This document shows, piece by piece, positions 19,834 to 29,804 of a stretch of DNA of 64,000 nucleotides. The translations under genes and the position numbers were made by a program. The DNA lies in contig QMRC01000008.1 of assembly GCA_003649205.1 (NCBI GenBank), positions 1 through 64,000 on the forward strand. Direction: 5' to 3'. Under the pieces are notes generated by a model that saw nothing but the letters and a program-made list of their open reading frames with translations, was not told where the DNA came from and ran no database searches. Source of the DNA: Thermoprotei archaeon (GTDB taxonomy: Archaea > Thermoproteota > Thermoprotei > Thermoproteales > B15-G16). Position 1 is the first letter of the stretch; every line of letters starts with the position of its first letter.

Positions 19834-22800
19834 TCACAAATACCTCACTCTCCTAATTGTTGCTTGTTTCTTCGACAGTGCCACAATTATGCCAATTATG
19901 AGCAGTATAACTACTATGGCTAGTAGCCCTATGAATGCCATTGCTAGTGCAAATCCAGTAGATACCACAGTTACTATGTACCTCTTACTGTCATTTCTCG
20001 GGTCGAGATCTGTCACACCTATACCTACCTCAACTACTCTATCTTGTCTAGCTCTCTCAATTGGTGGGAACTTAATCCATAGATCGTTTGGAGGTACCTT
20101 AGCTGTTACTGTAACTGTGTAGTACTCTGATGTACCTAGCTTGAAGTCTGTCTTGGAAAGTGTTGCATTTATGAACGATACGTAGAGATTTGCTAAGCCG
20201 TGTATCTCATTTGTTCTGACAATAGCCTTAACCGTGATGTAGCTATTAGACGTGACTACTCTTGGAGGAGGCTTAATCACTTTAACAAGCTCGAAGTCTC
20301 TATCTATGTACAGTGTATAATTTACAACTTCATTACCAGCAACTAAGTCTAGTGGATTACTTGCATTGACAAACACATAGAGGTACGGAGTCCAAGGCAC
20401 CTTAATCGTGTAGTTCAACCAGTAGATACCTCTCTTCGTTATGTTTAGATCAAGCATCTTCTTGAATATACCGATCTTCCTCGGCTTAGGAGCAATACCG
20501 TACTTGCTAACCACAATGTCTATCTTGGTTAGGGTTTCTAGCACTCTCGTAGGTGATACAATACCTACACATACCTTTATTGCGTCTTCTGGTAGTATAG
20601 CTCCCTTAACTCTCTGTGATACTGGTTCAATAACTACGAAAACTCTAATGTCTACGAATCCCCTAATCTTCTCAACTTCACTCCACAGCTCATTATTTCT
20701 AGGATCTGTATCGTTCATGTACTTAACTATCTTGACGTGTGCTCTAACGTAGCCTCCCTCCGTCATGTTTATGCTGAACCACTTCCAGATTGGGTTCATA
20801 CCTCTCCACAAGTATATTGTCTCTGTTATGTTTCCTAGTAGGTTGAGTGGTTTGCCCTCTGCAGTGCAGTTCCACAGCTCTAGTACGTACGTTATGTTCT
20901 GTGGTGTATTTGTCCAGAAGAGTACTGTAACTAGGTGACTGATGTTGCCGAAGTAGTAGCCTAGACCCATGTGTCTCCAGATGTGGCACTCTAGAACAGC
21001 TACCTCTGGTGTGTAGAGTGGCGAGTTCTTAGGTACTACAAATACTAACCAGTAGCACTTATCCATGTGTAGTGTCCTAGTCCAGTTATACTCTCCAGCC
21101 TGTACAAATACTTTGACTGTACTGCAGTTCCTAATGTAGAAGTATGCAAAGCCTGTTCCATTTGTCCTAGTTACAGTTGATACACCTCTTGTTAGGTCAG
21201 TAACGTTAACTAGTGCTCCTTCGTAGGGTGCTGTATCGTTGTATATTACCTGTACTGCTAGTACCCACATGTATGTACAGTTTGCGAAGTGTATTGGGTA
21301 TGGCGGGTGTGTCCAGTTGCTTCCTGCTGGAGGAGGTACAAACGTTATTGACTGATTGGCAACTACCTTGGGAACTAGATATATTCTCAAGGTCATTGTC
21401 TTGTTGAAGAGGTATATCTGCCAATCAGTTACATTGTAGAATCCTTGCTTGTACACAGATACATTGTACCAGTAACCACTCCACAGACCAAATGTAGCTA
21501 CACCACTTGCATCAGTATAGTTCGATACCTTGTATCCTCCACGAGTCTTCTCAACTATTACGAGAGCACTTGGTACTGGTGAGTAATTCAGTGCATTCAC
21601 TACTTGTACGATTAACTTTGCTGGCATTACGTAGCTGTACCAAGGTAGATAGAACTCAAGCCAAATACACCTATCTAGGTATACAGTCCTATTCTCATCA
21701 AAGACCTGTGTCGTATTGTGTGGATTAACTGCATGTACATTGACTACATATGTTCTATTTGCTTGCAACCAGAATACTACGAATCCAGTACCGTTAGTAA
21801 TTCCTTGTCTAATCAATGTATTGTCGTGATAGACCTTTACCTCAGCTCCGTGAAATGGCTTACCATCCTTCCACACAACCTGTATAGCCAATGCGTAGAG
21901 TACAGTACCGTTCGGTAGCACTATGGTTGGATATGTTGCATTGCTCCCTTCTGGAGGAGGTTGTACAGTTACGTTCTCAGGTACTAGGTATACGTAGAGC
22001 CAATCAACTGTCTCATTCATGAATATAGCACCGTAGCCTGTTCTGTAACCACTCTTACTAGCCTCAACATACCAAGTCCTCATGGTCACTACCTGTATTG
22101 GAGGTGTCCAACCAGTTTCATTTGTTGTGAACGTCCTTAAGTCAGCCCTATCAGGTCTAGACCACACCTTAACGGTAGCACCTTCAATACCTGTATTAGT
22201 CACAGCATCAACTACTCTCACGTAGAGAGTAGCATTCTCACCTACTGGAGGTACTACTGTGAGTAGGAGCGGGAAGGACTTCTTATCGTAGTCATCAGAC
22301 TTCAAGTAGTTACCGACAGAAGCATCAACTACCCAAGCTTCACACAGTAACTCTACAGGTCTCTGAACTACTTGATACATCTGCTGTGCCTCAGCTATGT
22401 AGTTACCCATGTCAACTATCACAAAGGTGCTATTCACGACATGTACCTTCGTTATGTTACTCCACGACTTCACATCAATCCAATCCATCTTCGTCTCATT
22501 GAAGTACCTCAAGCTAACTCTCCACTCCACAGTGACATCCTGCTCTACATTACTGTAGACGTATATGCTGAAGTGTCTTGGAGCTGTTGCAGTAACTGAG
22601 GTACCATTGAAGTATATCTTCAACCCAGCATTGGGAGGTAGTACTGTGTAGATGATGAATGTGTAGTTCTTACAGTACTGTAGAGTACCGCCGTTAACTG
22701 GATCGAGCCACTTAGTCCTAGTTCTGGATATATAGACATAGTATGCGGTTTCATTTATTGTGTAACTACCATTGAATTCAAACATGTTACCATATCTTCT

Positions 22801-25749
22801 CCACAACTCGTAACCTAGTATGTCCTTGAATAACTTCTCATAACCTTCAGCAATGTAGACGAGATGTCTAAATGTACCTTCTTCAAAGCTGTACACTCTC
22901 TCTATCCATATAGCTGGCTTCTCTACGTCTAAGATCTTTACACTTCTTATTCTCATTACAGTATTCTTAAGTGGGAAGTGGAGAGAGCATCTATATCCAT
23001 AGTCGAATTCCTTGAGTGGTACCTTGATGACAGTATCTGCCTCCAGCATTATATCTGCTAGGAAACCAGTCATGTTGCCAAATGATATTTCAACATCTTT
23101 TAGAAATGGTAAATCAACATCGTAGACAACACCTGTACTTGTTGCTCTACCAACTACAGTTACTTCATAAGGTATGTTCACTTGCTCAATGACTCCACTA
23201 ATCTTAATACGTGGAATTATATTAAGTATCTTTACTGGATCCTTAATTACTTGCTTTTTCATGGTACCTACAGCGTCAATGCTAACGACATTTATTTGTA
23301 GTCCTGTCTTGAATGGTACGCCTCCTCCAAACCACTGTAGTAACGTTATCTTTCCTTGAACTATGTGTAGTACAGTTATGTAGACTGAAGTTATCTTCAA
23401 TCTCTCAGCAGGTATACCACGCTCAGCTACTAGATACTCCATTACATCCGTCACTATGTTGTATGGAGGTAGTTTACCAGTTTTCAGAACCTTATAGTAT
23501 TCAGTCCATGTCTTACACTTTGGAGGGTAGTAGTAGATTACGTTCTCGATACCTAGTGTCTTAGCTGTCTCCACAACACACTTCTCAAGCATTTCATAGT
23601 CCTTAAACTCTTCAGGTACGTAGATCCTCACTACGGTGTACTTGTCTCCAGTAGCACTATCAACTATGACAGGTATGTACATGATAAATATGTAGTCCTT
23701 AAGACCAACTCTGTACGGTTCTGGAATGACCTTTAACTCTGATAACACTAGGTAGGATACATCGAATGTAAATACTGCTCCAAGGATTTTCCAGTAGGCT
23801 ACGGATAGTGTTTTTACGGGTAAGGTCATCATTTGTTCTGCTAGAACCTCTCCAGCCATTCCAAATACAGTAGCTGAGAAGCTTACGAAATGTGTTTTAG
23901 CTAGATTAACAATACCGAGAAGAGCATGGTACGGTATTCCTGTACCAAAGGTGAGCATTACTGCTCCCTTTAGTTCTGAAGTCCAAGGATCGTAGGTTAG
24001 TAGTAATTCACTTACTGCAACTTTAGGAATCACCGTTATGTTGTTGTATAGTGCAACTACTGGTGTTCTCAGAGGTACATTGATTACACATGCATACGAT
24101 GTGAATCCAGTTCCGAAGAAAGGTGTAGTATCGATTCTACCCCATGCAGATAGAAGTAAGGTGTTCTTAGTTGGGTACACATACTTAAACTTCTCAATAG
24201 CACCTCCTTCACTGTGTACAGCAAACCAACCCTTGTGAATCTTCTTAACATCTCCCTCAATATAGTACTTACGTAAGTACTCAGGAATTAAGCTAGTTCT
24301 CACCTCATGAGTGAATAGCTTTGAAATAGTTAACTTGAACCTAGTAAAGTAGTAGTAGTTCAAGGGTAGCTTTATGAGAAGTGAGTGTCCTAAATTGACT
24401 CCAGAGTAGGAAATGTATAGTGTACCCTCAAATGCTACTCTCGGTATCTTTGTCTCTGGCTCTGCTTTGATGAACTCTAGCTTGTAAATCTTATAGTCAG
24501 TATAGAGAACATTGCTTTCCCAATCATAGTATCGGTACAGTGGCTTACCTCCGAGTGAAAACTTTACCATAGTAAGATTTTGTGGATCTACTATACCTAC
24601 CTCACTCTTATTGAATGCTAGAATTAGATTATCATCGTAATCTAGACATGTTGCTAGGTGAAGTCCCCATACACTACCTCCATACGCAGGTTCTGGTGTT
24701 GGATCTACTCTTACACTCAATTCTTTAATGTCTACTGGAGGATAGTAGAGCCATAATGTTCCATTTACATCATCGACAAAAACTATACCTCTCTTACACA
24801 GTGTTACGTAGTTAAGAGGAAGTCCAAGTATGACATCGTTACCTATATCCAGTAGTGCATTTATTTCCTTTGTTGTATATAATTTACCTGTCTCTCTATC
24901 GTACATGAATACTATTGATTTCTTCGTATAGGTTGACGCTATGAACCCTATGACGTGAACACCATCGAAGTAAACTATTTCACACCAACGGAAAGGACTT
25001 GCTGGAAACGGTATATAACTTGGCACTGTCTCATTAACTCCAATCCAAGTTCCTACCTTTACCTTGTCTAATAAAGTACCTGCTGTGTTGTAAATCTTGA
25101 GGTAAACATCGTAGTAGTAAACCTCTACTCCTTTCTGAGTATCAATTTCAGTTTTTATATGTGTAAGGTTTAGAAGTGCTATTTTACCATCTATAATTTG
25201 ACAATAGATATTATATGCTGAACCCTTAGCAATCTCTGGGAGTTTATGCAGAAGAACTAGTGAACCATTGAAAACTGCTATATAGATATTATACTCTCCT
25301 CCAGTACTAGGTGAAATTAGATTTCGTACAAGAAGATGTACAGGAAGAGATGTCTTCTTTTCGATGGCTAATATGGACGATAAAGCTATTCCCTTGTATG
25401 CAATTACTTTATATTCCTTAGTCTTTATATTAATAACATAGAGGTAATCAGCTACATCCTCTCCAAAGATTAGATCTCCTATAGCATAGGCTCCGCTCCA
25501 ACCCGAAATTACTAGGTTGACTTTCTTTTTCTCGATATCGACATGAACTATTCCCTTTCCCTCTGGAAGATTGTATAAGTATTTGGTGTTGTGTATGATA
25601 CCTGCGAACTGAAGATCTCGAGATAGTCCTATTGCTTGAGAGAGAACTGCTATTGGTTTTTTAAACTGTAACTCTAGGCATGATGTTGGTAATATTAGAG
25701 CTATCAGTATAAGGCAGAGTACTGTTAGAATGCTTTTTCCATACTTCAT
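19834..25749 (-). CDS. Giant (1971 aa) type I membrane glycoprotein/adhesin
   Basis: Signal peptide; beta-rich N-terminus; four T[ND]xxG beta-sandwich repeats (carboxypeptidase-regulatory-like); D.DPRN CARDB-like motifs; C-terminal TM + RRVRYL. Confidence 0.88.
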   Translation of the reverse strand: MKYGKSILTVLCLILIALILPTSCLELQFKKPIAVLSQAIGLSRDLQFAGIIHNTKYLYNLPEGKGIVHVDIEKKKVNLVISGWSGAYAIGDLIFGEDVADYLYVINIKTKEYKVIAYKGIALSSILAIEKKTSLPVHLLVRNLISPSTGGEYNIYIAVFNGSLVLLHKLPEIAKGSAYNIYCQIIDGKIALLNLTHIKTEIDTQKGVEVYYYDVYLKIYNTAGTLLDKVKVGTWIGVNETVPSYIPFPASPFRWCEIVYFDGVHVIGFIASTYTKKSIVFMYDRETGKLYTTKEINALLDIGNDVILGLPLNYVTLCKRGIVFVDDVNGTLWLYYPPVDIKELSVRVDPTPEPAYGGSVWGLHLATCLDYDDNLILAFNKSEVGIVDPQNLTMVKFSLGGKPLYRYYDWESNVLYTDYKIYKLEFIKAEPETKIPRVAFEGTLYISYSGVNLGHSLLIKLPLNYYYFTRFKLTISKLFTHEVRTSLIPEYLRKYYIEGDVKKIHKGWFAVHSEGGAIEKFKYVYPTKNTLLLSAWGRIDTTPFFGTGFTSYACVINVPLRTPVVALYNNITVIPKVAVSELLLTYDPWTSELKGAVMLTFGTGIPYHALLGIVNLAKTHFVSFSATVFGMAGEVLAEQMMTLPVKTLSVAYWKILGAVFTFDVSYLVLSELKVIPEPYRVGLKDYIFIMYIPVIVDSATGDKYTVVRIYVPEEFKDYEMLEKCVVETAKTLGIENVIYYYPPKCKTWTEYYKVLKTGKLPPYNIVTDVMEYLVAERGIPAERLKITSVYITVLHIVQGKITLLQWFGGGVPFKTGLQINVVSIDAVGTMKKQVIKDPVKILNIIPRIKISGVIEQVNIPYEVTVVGRATSTGVVYDVDLPFLKDVEISFGNMTGFLADIMLEADTVIKVPLKEFDYGYRCSLHFPLKNTVMRIRSVKILDVEKPAIWIERVYSFEEGTFRHLVYIAEGYEKLFKDILGYELWRRYGNMFEFNGSYTINETAYYVYISRTRTKWLDPVNGGTLQYCKNYTFIIYTVLPPNAGLKIYFNGTSVTATAPRHFSIYVYSNVEQDVTVEWRVSLRYFNETKMDWIDVKSWSNITKVHVVNSTFVIVDMGNYIAEAQQMYQVVQRPVELLCEAWVVDASVGNYLKSDDYDKKSFPLLLTVVPPVGENATLYVRVVDAVTNTGIEGATVKVWSRPDRADLRTFTTNETGWTPPIQVVTMRTWYVEASKSGYRTGYGAIFMNETVDWLYVYLVPENVTVQPPPEGSNATYPTIVLPNGTVLYALAIQVVWKDGKPFHGAEVKVYHDNTLIRQGITNGTGFVVFWLQANRTYVVNVHAVNPHNTTQVFDENRTVYLDRCIWLEFYLPWYSYVMPAKLIVQVVNALNYSPVPSALVIVEKTRGGYKVSNYTDASGVATFGLWSGYWYNVSVYKQGFYNVTDWQIYLFNKTMTLRIYLVPKVVANQSITFVPPPAGSNWTHPPYPIHFANCTYMWVLAVQVIYNDTAPYEGALVNVTDLTRGVSTVTRTNGTGFAYFYIRNCSTVKVFVQAGEYNWTRTLHMDKCYWLVFVVPKNSPLYTPEVAVLECHIWRHMGLGYYFGNISHLVTVLFWTNTPQNITYVLELWNCTAEGKPLNLLGNITETIYLWRGMNPIWKWFSINMTEGGYVRAHVKIVKYMNDTDPRNNELWSEVEKIRGFVDIRVFVVIEPVSQRVKGAILPEDAIKVCVGIVSPTRVLETLTKIDIVVSKYGIAPKPRKIGIFKKMLDLNITKRGIYWLNYTIKVPWTPYLYVFVNASNPLDLVAGNEVVNYTLYIDRDFELVKVIKPPPRVVTSNSYITVKAIVRTNEIHGLANLYVSFINATLSKTDFKLGTSEYYTVTVTAKVPPNDLWIKFPPIERARQDRVVEVGIGVTDLDPRNDSKRYIVTVVSTGFALAMAFIGLLAIVVILLIIGIIVALSKKQATIRRVRYL

Positions 25750-25759
25750 TTCTACACCT

Positions 25760-26164
25760 CTATGGTTTGGGTATTAGTGGCATTTTGACTAGTTTTTCTC
25801 TTAGTTCTCGTGGTAGTAGCTTCTCTAGTTCTTTCTCTACCTCTTCATCGCTTACTAGGTGACCGTACTTCATGAGTAGTATCCTGTAGTCTCCTACGTA
25901 CTTCTCGAACTCACTTGCAAGCTCCATCCACTCCTTGTCCTCAACAGGTGCGAAGATGAATTCATCTGGTAGGTACTCAGCTCTACCGTAGCAAAGTATC
26001 ATCAAACCCCTGTACTTCCTCCCCTTCTCCTCTATGGTAAAGGATATGTTCCCGTACTTCGTCCTTATCATCGGTAACCCGCCAATTGCTAGACACATCT
26101 TAGCAAACTTCACAAGCTCCTTAATCGCTTCTCTAGAATTCTCAATAACCAACCTAATACCCAT
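25760..26164 (-). CDS. Hypothetical protein; paralog of 26274..26582
   Basis: F...C..IGG...IRT.YG...L.CYG. Confidence 0.75.
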   Translation of the reverse strand: MGIRLVIENSREAIKELVKFAKMCLAIGGLPMIRTKYGNISFTIEEKGRKYRGLMILCYGRAEYLPDEFIFAPVEDKEWMELASEFEKYVGDYRILLMKYGHLVSDEEVEKELEKLLPRELREKLVKMPLIPKP

Positions 26165-26273
26165 AGCTGAAACACCTGAGAAATAGAACCTAAACTATAT
26201 TTTATGTGTTTAGAATGAGATTGAAGCTGTAAAAAGAAGGGTTTATGAAGTAGATTATAGAGGTGCCCTAGCT

Positions 26274-26582
26274 TTACCTAATACCTGCCTTGTGTAGTGC
26301 TTCAATTAGGTCAGCTACTCTAATACCCTTCATCTTTATTAATCCTGCTAGTGACTTAGCTAGATCTGGTGTCACTGGAATGTAGACGTTCTTTACCTTT
26401 CCACTAGCTCCCCAACACACTAGCTGAATTACGTTTCTACCAAAGCCCTCAATACCGTACATCGATGTCCTTATCTGTGTTACACCTCCTGCCTCTCTGC
26501 ACGTTCTGTCGAACTCAACAATTCTCCTAGCTACTTCATCTGGGATCTCTACTGTGAAGCCCTTTACTGTGACTCTGACCAT
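26274..26582 (-). CDS. Hypothetical protein; paralog of 25760..26164
   Basis: F...C..AGG...IRT..YG...L.CWG; GGTGAG RBS. Confidence 0.75.
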   Translation of the reverse strand: MVRVTVKGFTVEIPDEVARRIVEFDRTCREAGGVTQIRTSMYGIEGFGRNVIQLVCWGASGKVKNVYIPVTPDLAKSLAGLIKMKGIRVADLIEALHKAGIR

Positions 26583-26668
26583 ATTTACTCACCTAGGTGT
26601 ACCTTATGTCTGGATATTTATTAAACTTTCATTCGTGTATACACTGACGTAGTAGTCTATACACGTCA

Positions 26669-27313
26669 CTACACCTTCTCCCTCATCTCGCTGGTAACTG
26701 CTAGGTACATCTTCAGTATCTTGTTTATCGCTTCGTTAAATGATGAGAATACTCCCTTACCCACGAGTATGCTCAGCTTCTCAAATGTATCACTGTCTAA
26801 CCTAACAGGTATGACCTTCTCACCACTGCTGTAGAACATTCTCCTAATCTTCTCATCAAGTCCCTTCGGCTCAATGTACACAACAAAGAGTAACCCTAGT
26901 TCAGGTGCTGATAGACCTAGGAAGTTGTACTTACTACCGTCCTCTGTAGCAAATACACCAACTGCTTGCTTCACTACCTTCTCACTAAATAGCTTGTTCT
27001 CATCTAGGTTGAACTCCTTAATGAGTTCATGCAGTATCTGTGCCTTATAGCTCAGGTAATCACTATAGCTCCAACCAAGTTCCTGAAGCACCTTATCCCT
27101 TACAGGACATCTCTTCTCTGGGCTACAGCAATACGCTAGGGATCCCCAACACAGATCAGCACTATGCTTACTGAATCTCTCCTTAATCTCCTCGTACTGC
27201 TTCGGATCGATACCTAGCTTCTTCAGTGCATAGTCTCTAACTGGGCATGGTTTCTTTATTGAACAGCAGAAAACTACTGATGCTAAGCAACCTCCAGCAC
27301 ATAGATTGGGCAC
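26669..27313 (-). CDS. Duplicated Cys-rich domain (methanogenesis marker 9-like) fused to a C-terminal ribbon-helix-helix
   Basis: Two copies of LC.G....CCS..K.CPVRD..L..LG.....Y...K; C-terminal VIPVRLDSDTFEKLSILVGKGVFSSFNEAI (RHH pattern). Confidence 0.7.
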   Translation of the reverse strand: MPNLCAGGCLASVVFCCSIKKPCPVRDYALKKLGIDPKQYEEIKERFSKHSADLCWGSLAYCCSPEKRCPVRDKVLQELGWSYSDYLSYKAQILHELIKEFNLDENKLFSEKVVKQAVGVFATEDGSKYNFLGLSAPELGLLFVVYIEPKGLDEKIRRMFYSSGEKVIPVRLDSDTFEKLSILVGKGVFSSFNEAINKILKMYLAVTSEMREKV

Positions 27314-27355
27314 ACCAACAAGCTTCTCAGTTAGCTTACGTATGTTTATCTGGCT

Positions 27356-27727
27356 TCACCTCCTTACACGGAGAATTGTCTGGAGTAAAAGTTCAAAATT
27401 TCTAAAGGCTTGTTCCTCAAGTCTAAAGCCCATGACTACAAACTTCATGGTTGACCCATCTGGTCTATACAGCTTGATTAGTACAATTGGTGTAGGTTGT
27501 AGCCTCCTCATTAACCTATCAACACCTTTAAAGGGCTCTGGTGATATCGTTCTCTTCTCTAGGTCAACTACGTAGAACTCACCTAGTTCACTGTACGGAT
27601 CTACGTATCTAGTTATGTAGCGTCTAATGTACGGTACACCTAATCTAGCACATATCCTCCTCAAGTGCTTATCAACACCCTTACACACTGGGCACCTACC
27701 TAGGTACCACAGCTCAACCTCTAGCAC
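27356..27727 (-). CDS. Thioredoxin/glutaredoxin-fold protein
   Basis: VELWY...CPVC and cis-Pro-like TPIVLI motif. Confidence 0.65.
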   Translation of the reverse strand: MLEVELWYLGRCPVCKGVDKHLRRICARLGVPYIRRYITRYVDPYSELGEFYVVDLEKRTISPEPFKGVDRLMRRLQPTPIVLIKLYRPDGSTMKFVVMGFRLEEQAFRNFELLLQTILRVRR

Positions 27728-28136
27728 GTCTACCTCTCTCCTCAGTTATTGCTCTCAGGACAGATACTAGGTGTCTAGCGAATTCAGGAGTTGATACAGC
27801 AAATTCAGAACCCAACATGACGACTCTACTCCTATAGTTCTCAACTCTCTTGAACCTAAATCCCCTAGGTAGCTCCACTGTATTAGGTACTTCAAGAACT
27901 ATACCATATGCGTGGATGCCCCTAAATCCACTCTTTGTCTCGAATAGCGTGTACTCGTCATCTGATAGAGATTCCTCAGCTTCCCTACCTCTCCTCTCCA
28001 TCTCCTCAGCTCTAGCAATGTACCCACGTTCCCTCATTCTCTTCAACCTAGCTAAGATACTGTACTTCCTCTCTAGGTAATCTGCCTCAGCCTTCTTATT
28101 AATTAAGTTCACTAAGGCAGGAATAACAAATGACAT
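27714..28136 (-). CDS. Hypothetical protein
   Basis: 140-aa ORF in an overlapping operon. Confidence 0.65.
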   Translation of the reverse strand: MSFVIPALVNLINKKAEADYLERKYSILARLKRMRERGYIARAEEMERRGREAEESLSDDEYTLFETKSGFRGIHAYGIVLEVPNTVELPRGFRFKRVENYRSRVVMLGSEFAVSTPEFARHLVSVLRAITEERGRRARG

Positions 28137-28140
28137 GTCC

Positions 28141-28815
28141 TCACCTCTTCAATCTCAACCTATGTTCTAGAGTTATAGGGTCTGTGTAGTCCTCTGCTAG
28201 CTCATGTGCTTTCAACTCTGCAATTACGTCACTAGCTCTCTCACCAAACATTATGTAGACATCTCTTATCGGTATATCTACTCTATTCAGTAGTATGGCG
28301 TATAGCTTCCTAGCACTTGGAGATAGCTCAGGTACGACAACCTCCTCAGTGTAGAACATACCTTTTGTCGGTATGACAATTCTCTCCTTTGTTACGAAAG
28401 CTGTCGTCACCTTGAGAATCAGATCCCTTATCTTAGCCTCGAACTTTGGAAGGAGGTTAATCAACTTGAACTTGTCTCTATGGTATATAGCAGACCTAAC
28501 CTCTGATAGCAGTGTGTTGTACTCCTTGAAGTCCTCAGTAAGGATCTCGAATATCGTGGATGTCGATTTAACACTGGTCGTTCTACACACGTACATGACA
28601 ATTGTCTCCATGCAGTTAATCACGCTAGTTAGGTAGTCATCAATCCTAATCCAGTCTTGCCCACTCATTAGTGACTTTCTAAGTATCTTCTTTATTGCTG
28701 TGAACCTATTGTTCAACTCATCTCTAAGCCTCATTATCTCCTTGCTAATACCCTCCACAACAACTACTTCCCTACTACGTTCACGTCCTCTCCTCTCCTC
28801 TACGTCCGAACTCAT
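28141..28815 (-). CDS. Helical protein with probable C-terminal winged helix
   Basis: LSPSARKLYAILL...VIAELKAHELAE pattern. Confidence 0.6.
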   Translation of the reverse strand: MSSDVEERRGRERSREVVVVEGISKEIMRLRDELNNRFTAIKKILRKSLMSGQDWIRIDDYLTSVINCMETIVMYVCRTTSVKSTSTIFEILTEDFKEYNTLLSEVRSAIYHRDKFKLINLLPKFEAKIRDLILKVTTAFVTKERIVIPTKGMFYTEEVVVPELSPSARKLYAILLNRVDIPIRDVYIMFGERASDVIAELKAHELAEDYTDPITLEHRLRLKR

Positions 28816-29804
28816 ACATACCTCACCTCTGCAGGTTTTTCAGCTGGTTTCTCAACAGGTTTAGCTAGAGGTTTCATACGTTCCTCAATGGTCTTCAGAG
28901 CCTCTGTGAACTCTATACCCATGTACTTCGTAACTACTTCTCTAAGTGCTCTCACCTGATCAACTAGATCAGATACCAACTTCCTAGTTTCCTGAAGGTT
29001 ATTTATCACTGATGTGATGATATCTTCTAGAGTTACTGTTGACTTCTCGTAGTACTCAATTACCTTCATCTGCCTCTCGATTTCGTGCTGTAGCCTCAGT
29101 ACAGTACCCTCTAGATTGACTAACCTCCTAGAGAGTTCATCTGCTAAGGTCTTGTACTTCTCTGCTTCATACGTCTTAATCGTTAAGTATGTCCTCAGTC
29201 TATTGACTTCGAGATCTAGTGAGTGCACTATCTGTGCATACACCTGTGCTGTTCTAGTCATCTCGTGGAGCTTAGTAGCTAGGTCATAGGTACCTCTGTG
29301 ATCTAGCACACCAGATGGGTCTGCCACTATGAGTGGAAACCTCCCCTCATACACCTCATCTAGGAACAGTATGTTGTCCTTCGGTACGAGAATTCTCTCA
29401 ATGTTCTCGATACCTATCGGGACGACAACTGCACTAGCTCTAAGCTCCTCCATTCTCCTTCTAGCAATGAAGGTACCTATCGTAGGGAGTCCATTGATGA
29501 AGTATGGGTACCACTCAACTACTCTCCTACCCTCAACACTGTACTCAAGCCTAATCCAGTACTCTAGATAGCCAACCTGAATCTCCCAGTACTCCCTACC
29601 ATCTATGAACACTGGCTTATGAGCTACGTAGTGACCTCTAAACGCTGGTTTCTCACCAATGACAATTACTGGTCTTCCTCTCAGTGCCTCAACTACCTCA
29701 AATGCTCTACCGTAGATAGGTGTTGGTCTAGGTACCTCAGCTACATACCTCGTAGGTGTGAGCAACTGTGTTAGTGCATCGTATATCCTATCAGCTAGAC
29801 TCAA
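28812..29804 (-). CDS. Coiled-coil protein with N-terminal beta domain, ending RYV
   Basis: Heptad-rich C-terminal half; EKPAEKPAE linker. Confidence 0.75.
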   Translation of the reverse strand: MSLADRIYDALTQLLTPTRYVAEVPRPTPIYGRAFEVVEALRGRPVIVIGEKPAFRGHYVAHKPVFIDGREYWEIQVGYLEYWIRLEYSVEGRRVVEWYPYFINGLPTIGTFIARRRMEELRASAVVVPIGIENIERILVPKDNILFLDEVYEGRFPLIVADPSGVLDHRGTYDLATKLHEMTRTAQVYAQIVHSLDLEVNRLRTYLTIKTYEAEKYKTLADELSRRLVNLEGTVLRLQHEIERQMKVIEYYEKSTVTLEDIITSVINNLQETRKLVSDLVDQVRALREVVTKYMGIEFTEALKTIEERMKPLAKPVEKPAEKPAEVRYV

